64,000 nucleotides of DNA from an uncultured Gemmatimonadales bacterium (GTDB taxonomy: Bacteria > Gemmatimonadota > Gemmatimonadetes > Longimicrobiales > RSA9), in NCBI GenBank assembly GCA_963798085.1, contig CAWCRS010000007.1, positions 1,472,001-1,536,000 on the forward strand. The letters are read 5' to 3'. Both the position numbers and the translations under genes were made by a program. Below, in pieces: positions 54,724 to 64,000 of this stretch (position 1 is the first letter of the stretch; every line of letters begins with the position of its first letter). The notes beneath the pieces were generated by a model that worked only from the letters and a program-made list of their open reading frames with translations, did not search any database and was not told the origin of the DNA.

Positions 54724-55210
54724 CCCTCGGGAGCAGGACCTGCGAGGTGGATCTGCGCGGCGCGCTGCCCGTCGTGGATGGCCGCGCGGTGCATGCGGAA
54801 ATGCAGCGCGTGGCGGGCACGCCGCTGCACCATCTGCTGGCGGACGGTCAGTCGTTCCCGCTCGTCCTGCGCCCGGCCGGGGGCCGGGGCCAGTGGGACG
54901 TGTACTTCGACGGACGCCACTACACCGTCGAAGTGCTCGATGAGCGCACACGCGCTATCCGCGAGATGACGGGCAGGAGCAGCACGGCACGCGGGCCTCG
55001 CCCCGTGCGCGCGCCCATGCCGGGCCTGGTGGTACGCATCGAAGTGGAAGCCGGGCAGACGGTACGCGCGGGTCAGGGCGTCGTGATCGTCGAAGCCATG
55101 AAAATGGAGAACGAGCTGAAAGCGGAGACGAGCGGCATCGTCTCGCGGGTACTGGTATCTCCGGGCCAGGCGGTGGAGAAGGGTACCGTGCTGGTCGAAC
55201 TGCAGGCGGA

Positions 55211-55214
<4 letters not shown>
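54708..55214 (+). CDS. accB: Biotin carboxyl carrier protein
   Basis: MRYYVT start, [13 protein letters not shown] biotinylation motif. Confidence 0.92.
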
Positions 55215-56880
<1,666 letters not shown>

Positions 56881-56914
56881 TAGATTCACTCGCAGGATTC
56901 CAACACCGGGACTC

Positions 56915-57240
56915 ATGCCGACTTACGAGTATCGCTGCGCCAACGGACACAGCTTCGAGCAGTTCCAGCGCATGAATGAAAAACCGCTGGACACATGCCC
57001 GGTGTGCGGATGCCCCCGCGGAACGACTGCTGTCCGCGGGCGCCGGCCTGCTGTTCAAGGGGTCGGGCTTCTACATCACCGACTACCGCAGCGACGCGTA
57101 CAAGAAGGCGGAAGCGGCGGAAACCGGCGGCTCGAAGGATACCGCGAAGAGCAGTGACGGCAGCACGTCGAAACCCGCCAGCGAGAGCAGCAGCGCGAAG
57201 CCCGCGTCCGGCGATGCCAAGGCGTCCGGCGATTCATGGT
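56915..57240 (+). CDS. FmdB-family zinc-ribbon protein (frameshift near 57012; end approximate)
   Basis: MPTYEYRC..GH.FE..Q.M....L..CPVCG, then FKGSGFYITDY and a Ser/Lys-rich tail. Confidence 0.85.
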
Positions 57241-57244
57241 CCCG

Positions 57245-58929
57245 ATGGACGCGTCACTCCAGCAGCAGCTCGAAGAAATCGCGGCTCGCCTGGGCAACGG
57301 CGCACCACCCGCGGTGCAGCTGGACCGGCCACGCAATCCGGAACACGGCGATCTGGCGACTAACCTCGCACTCGCACTCGCGCGGCCGCTCTCGCGGCCG
57401 GCTCGCGAAGTGGCCGCCACCATCGATTCGAGCAGCTCGACCTGCCCGCCGCGGGCATCGCCTCCGCCGAAATCGCCGGGCCCGGCTTCATCAATTTCCG
57501 CATTGCACGCGCAAACGTGCAGCAGCGGCTGGGTGCCGTCCTGCAGGCCGACGCCGCGTACGGCCGCAGCGACGAGGGCCGCGAAGATCCGATGCAGGTG
57601 GAATTCGTGTCCGCCAATCCCACCGGGCCGCTGCACGTCGCGCACGGGCGAGGTGCCGCCCTGGGCGACGGCATTGCGTCACTGCTCGAATGGACCGGGC
57701 ACGGTGACACGCGAGTTCTACGTCAACGATGCGGGTGTGCAGATCGACAAGCTGGCGGAGTCGCTCGAGGCGAGGCTGCGCGAGCTGCACGGCGAACCAC
57801 TCGTGATTCCCGAAGGCGGGTACCACGGCGACTACCTTCGCGACCTGGCGCAGGAGCTGGAGCGCACGGAAGCGGGCCGGCTGCAGGGCATGAGCGCGGA
57901 GGAACGACTGCCGTTCCTGCGCGACTGGGCGACCACGCGACTGCGCCAGGAGCAGGATCAGGTGCTGCGCCAGTTCGGCGTGCGCTTCGATGCGTATTTC
58001 GCCGAGAGCCAGCTCTACCGCGAACACCGCCTCGAGGAAACACTGCGTTACCTGCGCGAGCGCGACCTCACCTACGAGCAGGATGGCGCACTCTGGTTTC
58101 GCACCTCGGATATCGGCGATGACAAGGATCGCGTCCTGGTGAAGAGCGACGGCACCTTCACCTATTTCCTCCCGGATCTCGCCTACCACCGGACAAGGCG
58201 AAGCGAGGCTATAAACACGTCATTAACGTCTGGGGCGCCGATCACCACGGCTATGTGCCCCGCATGCAGGCCGCGCTGCGCGCCATCGGACTGCCCGATT
58301 TCCTCGATGTCGAAATCGTCCAGATGGTGCGCATCATGCGCGGCGGCCAGGAAGCCAGACTCAGCAAAGCGCCGGGCAGTACATGACCTCGAGGAACTGG
58401 CGCAGGAAGTACGGGCCCGATGTGGCGCGCTACTTCTTCCTCATGCGCCGAGGCGATGCGCAGATGCTCTTCGACCTCGATCTCGCCTCGACCATTCCGA
58501 AAAGAATCCGGTCTTCAAGATCCAGTACGCACACGCCCGCCTGATGAGCATTTTCCGCAAAGCGGGCGTGACGCCGGAAACGATGCCACCGGGTGTTGCC
58601 CGCCTCGACCGGCTCACGCAGCCGGCGGAACTGGACCTGATCAAGCAGCTGGCGTTGTTGCCGGAAATGGTGACGCGGGCCGCAGCCGCGCGGGCGCCGC
58701 ACATGATGTGCGAATACCTCGAAGCCACGGCAGGCCAGGTCAATTCGTGGTACCACGCAGGCAATCCCAGTCGCAATCCTGAACTTGCGGTGCTGGTTGC
58801 TGATACGGAGTTGCGCGGCGCGCGGCTGGTGCTGGCCCGGGCGGCGCAGGATCGTGCTCCGCAACGGGCTGACTCTGCTGGGTCTCTGCAGCCCCTGATC
58901 GGATGGATCGCGAGGAAAGCGGATCATGA
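57245..58929 (+). CDS. argS: Arginyl-tRNA synthetase (multiple apparent frameshifts)
   Basis: HGDLATN, GPGFINF, EFVSANPTGPLHVAHGR, EFYVNDAG, DDKDRVL.KSDG, WGADHHGY, QYAHAR. Confidence 0.94.
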
Positions 58930-59856
58930 GCCTGCTGGTAGTGGGAAGCGTGGCGCTGGACACCATCGAGACGCCGTTCGGCCGCGCCGCGGATACACTG
59001 GGCGGATCGGCGACGTTCTTCAGTGCGGCGGCCTCGTTCTTCTGCTCCGTGCACCTCGTCGGCGTGGTGGGGGACGATTTTCCGGTACACTAGCTGGAGT
59101 TCCTCGAGCGCCGCGGTGTGGACCTCGGCGGACTGGAGCAGCGCGAAGGCGAGAGCTTTCGCTGGTCCGGCGTCTACAACTACGATCTGAACAGCCGCGA
59201 TACACTGGAGACGAGACTGGGCGTGTTCGCGGATTTCAAGCCACGCATACCGGAAGCCTTCCGCGATGCGCGCTGGATCTTTCTCGGCAACATCGATCCC
59301 GTGCTGCAGCTCGAAGTACTGGAGCAGGTGCGCGCGCCCGAGCTGGTGGCGTGCGACACGATGAACTACTGGATTTCGGGCCGGCGCGATGCGCTGCTGC
59401 GTCTGCTCGCGCACGTCAATGTGCTGATGGTGAATGACAGCGAAGCACGCGAGTTGTCCGGCGAATACAACCTGCTGCGCGCAGCCCGGTGGATCCAGCG
59501 GCACGGCCCGTCAATGGTGGTGGTGAAGAAGGGCGAGCACGGCGCCATCCTGTTTGCCGACGACATGATCTTCTTCGCACCGGGTTTCCCGCTCGAGGAA
59601 ATCTTCGATCCCACGGGTGCGGGCGATGCGTTTGCCGGCGGCTTCGTGGGCTACCTGGCGAGGAACGGCGCGATAACACCGGATCAATCTGCGGCGTGCC
59701 GTCGTCTATGGCTCGACACTCGGTTCCTACGCGGTGGAGCGCTTCGGCGTGGGGCGGCTGATCGATCTGACCGTCGAGGAGATCGATGACCGGGTCATGC
59801 GGTTCCGCGACCTCACCGCGTTCGATCAGCCGGTGGCGATCCGGCCGGGTCTCTGA
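58926..59856 (+). CDS. PfkB-family carbohydrate/nucleoside kinase (in-frame TAG at 59091; frameshift near 59685)
   Basis: VVGSVALD, LGGSA, GVVGDDF, DTMNYWI, KKGEHGA, DPTGAGDAFAGG. Confidence 0.9.
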
Positions 59857-59863
59857 GGCGGAC

Positions 59864-60907
59864 GTGACCGACGGCGTGGAGCTGAGCTACCGCGCGGCCG
59901 GTGTCGATCGCACCGCCGCAGGTCTCGCCAAGCGCCGCATTATCGAGCTGCTCGGAACCACGGCGACGCCGGGCGTCGTGCCCAATCCCGGCGGCTTCGG
60001 CGGCCTCTTCCGCGCACCCGGCGGCGCAGGCCAGCTGCTGGTGGCCAGCGCCAATGGCGTAGGCACCAAACTCAAGATTGCATCGCGTGCGGGTCGCCAC
60101 GAAGGCGTGGGCCACGACATCGTGAATCACTGCGCCAACGACATCCTCGTCGAGGGCGCGCGCCCGCTCTTCTTCCTCGACTACATCGGCATGGGCCGCC
60201 TCGAGCCGGGCACAGTCGAACAGATCGTGGGCGGTGTGGCCGCCGCCTGTCGTGCGGCCGGCTGCGCGCTGCTCGGTGGTGAAACCGCGGAGATGCCGGA
60301 TGTGTACGCCCCCGGTGAGTACGACCTGGCCGGTTTCATCGTCGGCACCGTCCCGGAAGCGTCCCGGCTGGGTGCGCAGCGTGTACACCACGGCAATGCG
60401 CTCGTGGGTCTGGCTGCCGATGGTTTTCATACCAACGGCTATTCGCTTCTGCGCCGTCTGTTCTTCGACACGCTGCGCGTTGATGTGAATCACCGCTTCC
60501 CGGGTATCGACCTGTCGGTGGCGGATGTGCTGCTGCGCCCGCACCGCTCGTACGGGCGCGCACTGCTGCCGCTCATCGAGGACGGCCTGATTCACGCGCT
60601 GGCGCACATTACGGGCGGCGGCATCGAGGAGAACCTGGAGCGCGTGATACCGGAAAACTGTACCGCGCGTGTGGACCTCTCGTCATGGTCCACACCCCAT
60701 GAGTTCCGGGTCGTCGCGGAACGCGGCGGTATTTCGCGGGACGAGATGCTGCGCACCTTCAACATGGGCGCCGGCATGATTGCCGTGGTGCCGCAGGGCG
60801 CAGTGGAAACCGTGATCGAACGGCTGCTGTCCGCGGGTGAGCGGGCATGGCGCATGGGGCGGGTGGAGCGCGGCGAGCAGCGCGTGGTGCTGGCTGACAG
60901 AACCTGA
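59864..60907 (+). CDS. purM: Phosphoribosylformylglycinamidine cyclo-ligase (AIR synthase)
   Basis: YRAAGVD, GGFGG, (N)GVGTK, PLFFLDY, GGETAEMP, HTNGYSL, HITGGG, TFNMG. Confidence 0.97.
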   Translation: MTDGVELSYRAAGVDRTAAGLAKRRIIELLGTTATPGVVPNPGGFGGLFRAPGGAGQLLVASANGVGTKLKIASRAGRHEGVGHDIVNHCANDILVEGARPLFFLDYIGMGRLEPGTVEQIVGGVAAACRAAGCALLGGETAEMPDVYAPGEYDLAGFIVGTVPEASRLGAQRVHHGNALVGLAADGFHTNGYSLLRRLFFDTLRVDVNHRFPGIDLSVADVLLRPHRSYGRALLPLIEDGLIHALAHITGGGIEENLERVIPENCTARVDLSSWSTPHEFRVVAERGGISRDEMLRTFNMGAGMIAVVPQGAVETVIERLLSAGERAWRMGRVERGEQRVVLADRT

Positions 60908-60918
60908 GAGAAACGGCA

Positions 60919-61926
60919 ATGCACAGGGATCGGCATTCCTTGATGGTGCAGGGAGCAGGCGACGTTCTGCGGTCCGTGTCCTGCGCGGGCCTGATGCTTC
61001 TGGCCATGGCCGGCGCTCCGCGTCCGGCTGACGCGCAGATCGTCGATTACGAGACACTGTGCCGCGCGCAGTCCGGTGGCCAGACGACGCTGTGCCGCGC
61101 GGGACTGGATGCGCTGGACATCGCCATTGCCCGGGCCCTGATCCTGGGGGAGGGCGGCAATCCGGTGCCCGGTACGGCCAGCACCATGGGCCACCGCATG
61201 GGCACTTCGCCGCGCGTGGGACTGTCCGGCCGCGTGACGGTGGCTAACATTGAGTTGCCAAGGCTCGCACCCGTGGGCGGTACCAACTCGGGCGCCGGCC
61301 TGGGCCTCACCGCCAATGTGGCCGTGGGTCTGCTCAATGGCATCTCGGCGGGGCCCACCGTGGGCGGCGTGGGCTCGCTCGACTTCGTCGCCAGCATCGG
61401 CATCACACACCTGCCGGGCGGCGCGGAGTTCACCACCAGCCACCCCGTCACCTGGGCTGTGGGTGGCCGCCTCGGCGTCCTGCGCGAATCCTTCACGGCG
61501 CCGGGCATCTCGCTGTCTGCACTGTACCGGCGCCTGGGCGCACTCGCCGTCGGCAATGAATTCCCGGGCACGGACAGCGCCTACGTGTTCACCAACCAGA
61601 CCGCCGCATGGAGCACACGTGCGGCGATCGGCAAACATCTGGGCCCGCTCGGGCTGACCGGCGGTGTAGGCTGGACACGTTTCTCGACCGACGCCGCGGT
61701 CCGGTTGTTCAATACCAGTCAGCAGCCCATCGACGTGCGCAACCGCAGTTTCCACGACAAGCGTCTCAGCGCGTTCGGCAACGTGAGCTGGACGGTTCTG
61801 ATCCTCACGGTCTCGGGCGAAGCCGGCTGGCAATCCGCAGGTGACCTCACGGCGGGCGGACGCCAGACCGCCGGCGCCGCCGGTGGCGGCCTGTTCGGGA
61901 GCATCGCCGGCCGACTGACCATCTGA
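60919..61926 (+). CDS. Hypothetical exported protein, possibly an outer-membrane beta-barrel
   Basis: Signal peptide ending ADA-Q, Cys pair, alternating beta-strand pattern, C-terminal GRLTI. Confidence 0.65.
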   Translation: MHRDRHSLMVQGAGDVLRSVSCAGLMLLAMAGAPRPADAQIVDYETLCRAQSGGQTTLCRAGLDALDIAIARALILGEGGNPVPGTASTMGHRMGTSPRVGLSGRVTVANIELPRLAPVGGTNSGAGLGLTANVAVGLLNGISAGPTVGGVGSLDFVASIGITHLPGGAEFTTSHPVTWAVGGRLGVLRESFTAPGISLSALYRRLGALAVGNEFPGTDSAYVFTNQTAAWSTRAAIGKHLGPLGLTGGVGWTRFSTDAAVRLFNTSQQPIDVRNRSFHDKRLSAFGNVSWTVLILTVSGEAGWQSAGDLTAGGRQTAGAAGGGLFGSIAGRLTI

Positions 61927-61930
61927 TGCC

Positions 61931-63016
61931 GTGGACGAAGACCAGACCTTCATGGAGCGCGCGCTGCAGCTCGCCGAGGCGGGCTGGGGTCGCGTGCATC
62001 CCAACCCGCTGGTAGGCGCCGTCCTCGTCCGCGACGGCGAGGTTGTTGGTGAGGGCTGGCACGCCGAGTACGGGGGGCCCCACGCGGAAGTAGTGGCACT
62101 GCACGCCGCCCGCGAACAAGCGCGCGGCGCCACCCTCTACGTCACCCTCGAACCCTGCCGCCACCAGGGCAAGACGCCGCCCTGTACCACCGCCATCATT
62201 GCAGCCGGCATCCAGCGCGTGGTCTTCGGTGCCGCCGATCCCAGCCTCGAGGCGGGCGGCGGCGCCGGCGTACTCGAACGCGCCGGCGTGGAGGTGCGAG
62301 GCGGCGTGCTGGCCACCGCCTCGCGCCGCCTCAATGCCGCGTTCCACCATGCACTGGAACGCGACCGGCCATTCGTGGCTCTGAAGCTGGCAATGTCGCT
62401 CGACGCTCGGCTCAGTCGTGAAGCCGGCCGGCGCACTACCGTCACCGGAGAAGGGGCGCAGGCCGAGGTGCACAGACTGCGCGCCGGTTACGATGCGATC
62501 CTTATCGGACGCGGCACGGCGGCGGCCGATGACCCGGAACTGACCGTGCGCGGGCCGCTCGCGCCACGCAGGCCGCCGGTGCGCATCATCTTCAATGCCG
62601 CGGCCGGACTATGCTCGGATTCGCGACTCGCGCGCAGCGCAGCGCAGGCACCGGTCTGGGTGGTGGCCGCGGCTGACGCAGACCCGGAAGAGCTTCGTCG
62701 CCTGCAGCAGTCCGGTGTGCGCACCCTGTGCACGAAACGGGCAGAGCATGGCGTGGATGTGAACGAAGCCATCAGCCTGCTCTGGCGGGAGGGTGTGCGC
62801 TCGATACTCTGCGAAGGCGGCGGACGGTTGGCGGCGTCGCTGCTCGAGGCCGATGCGGTGCAGCGCATCTACCTGTTCGTGGCACCCGTATTCTTCGGCG
62901 AGGCCGGCACACCGGCGTTCCCGCTGCACGGCCCCGGCGGCGGCTGGGTCATCACCGGAACGCGCGCCATCGGCAGCGACGTGCTCTTGACACTCGAACG
63001 TTTCGTCGCAGGATAA
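61931..63016 (+). CDS. ribD: Bifunctional riboflavin biosynthesis deaminase/reductase
   Basis: PNPLVGAV, HAE, TLEPC.H.GKTPPC, KLAMSLD, EGGG. Confidence 0.97.
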   Translation: MDEDQTFMERALQLAEAGWGRVHPNPLVGAVLVRDGEVVGEGWHAEYGGPHAEVVALHAAREQARGATLYVTLEPCRHQGKTPPCTTAIIAAGIQRVVFGAADPSLEAGGGAGVLERAGVEVRGGVLATASRRLNAAFHHALERDRPFVALKLAMSLDARLSREAGRRTTVTGEGAQAEVHRLRAGYDAILIGRGTAAADDPELTVRGPLAPRRPPVRIIFNAAAGLCSDSRLARSAAQAPVWVVAAADADPEELRRLQQSGVRTLCTKRAEHGVDVNEAISLLWREGVRSILCEGGGRLAASLLEADAVQRIYLFVAPVFFGEAGTPAFPLHGPGGGWVITGTRAIGSDVLLTLERFVAG

Positions 63017-63020
63017 CGCC

Positions 63021-63629
63021 GTGTTCAGCGGAATCGTCGAGGAAACCGGAACCGTGCGCGACGTGACCCGGGTCGAGAACGGCATGCGTCTGCGCATCGC
63101 GGCCCGGATCGCGCTCGATGAGCTGGTACCGGGTGCATCCATCGCCATTAATGGTGTGTGCCAGACCGTGGTCACCCGGTCGGACGCGGACTTCCAGGTC
63201 GAGGCTATCGCCACGACACTGGGTCGTACCACACTGGGTGCGCTCGCGGCCGGCAATGCGGTGAACCTGGAGCGGGCACTCGCCTATGGCGAACGCGTGG
63301 GTGGCCACCTCGTGCAGGGCCACGTCAATGGCGTGGGCACGGTGACCGCTGTGCAGCGCGAGGGCGAGCACGTGCTGCTCGATGTGCGCATGCCGGCCGA
63401 CGTCGCGGACGTTACCGTGCTGCACGGCTCCATCGCGATCGATGGCGTCAGCCTCACGGTCAATGCACTGCCTGCTGCGGACTGCGTGCAGGTGGCGCTG
63501 ATTCCGTACACGTGGGAGCACACGACTCTCTGCCGGCTGCGGCCGGGCAGCCGGGTGAACCTGGAAGGCGACATGATGGGCCGCTTCGTGACGCACTGGC
63601 TGAAGCGGCAGCGCGGCGAGGGGGTATGA
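63021..63629 (+). CDS. ribE: Riboflavin synthase (alpha chain)
   Basis: MFSGIVE, SIAINGVC, VNLERAL, GGHLVQGHV, GSIAIDGVSLTV, VNLEGD. Confidence 0.97.
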   Translation: MFSGIVEETGTVRDVTRVENGMRLRIAARIALDELVPGASIAINGVCQTVVTRSDADFQVEAIATTLGRTTLGALAAGNAVNLERALAYGERVGGHLVQGHVNGVGTVTAVQREGEHVLLDVRMPADVADVTVLHGSIAIDGVSLTVNALPAADCVQVALIPYTWEHTTLCRLRPGSRVNLEGDMMGRFVTHWLKRQRGEGV

Positions 63630-63652
63630 CAGCCGCCAGAAAGGTGGGGCGT

Positions 63653-64000
63653 ATGGAATTCGACAAGGTGGAAGACGCCATCCGCGACATCCGCGACGGC
63701 AGACTCGTCGTGGTCGCAGACGATGAAGATCGCGAAAACGAAGGCGACCTCGTGGGCGCGGCTGCCCTGGTCACGCCCGCGATGATCAACATGATGGTCA
63801 CGCACGGCCGGGGCATGGTCTGCGTTCCGCTCACTTCAGAGCGCGCCGATGCCCTCGCACTGCCCATGATGGTCGAGCACAACCAGGACTACATGGGTAC
63901 CGCGTTCACGGTTTCCGTGGACGCACACCCGCGCTACGGCGTCACCACCGGCATCAGCGCGCACGATCGTGCCCGCACCATCCAGCTGCTGGCGGATCCC
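63653..64000 (+). CDS. ribBA: DHBP synthase (RibB, probably RibBA fusion), 5' part only
   Basis: DDEDRENEGD, TAFTVSVD, TTGISAHDRA; runs off the window end. Confidence 0.93.
   Translation, partial: MEFDKVEDAIRDIRDGRLVVVADDEDRENEGDLVGAAALVTPAMINMMVTHGRGMVCVPLTSERADALALPMMVEHNQDYMGTAFTVSVDAHPRYGVTTGISAHDRARTIQLLADP

Overview
High-GC bacterial chromosomal window made up almost entirely of housekeeping genes, nearly all on the + strand. Gene content and order suggest Gemmatimonadota (inference only). Order: groES-groEL; SodC-like lipoprotein and a small membrane protein (-); thrS-infC-rpmI-rplT-pheS-pheT-zapB-like-zapA-rny-folD-xseA-xseB-ispA-dxs-nadK-recN; a TonB-dependent receptor (-) divergent from a GH125-like glycosidase and glgA; tRNA-Gly and tRNA-Cys; ABC-2 exporter and flavin reductase; kynA plus a permease remnant (-); argR-argCBDGH; fbaB-rpiA-rpe; tRNA-Leu; rnz-aroA-cmk-rpsA; a lipoprotein; pccB-accC-rlmD-accB-mutase; FmdB-like gene, argS, pfkB, purM, an exported protein, ribD-ribE-ribBA. 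I found no CRISPR array, transposase, integrase or prophage. Many essential genes carry frameshifts, densest at 39.6-43.0 kb and 56.3-59.7 kb, which points to an unpolished long-read assembly. The strongest hidden signal is that more than a dozen normally conserved Asp codons in unrelated genes read Asn, always through the same CGATG>CAATG change; this is most likely the footprint of a DNA-modification motif (CATCG/CGATG). Other signals are a dispersed family of inverted degenerate repeats between convergent genes, a recurring TAACAG/CTGTTA hexamer that forces rare codons, the GH125-like/glgA/TonB-receptor locus, and candidate structured RNA leaders.
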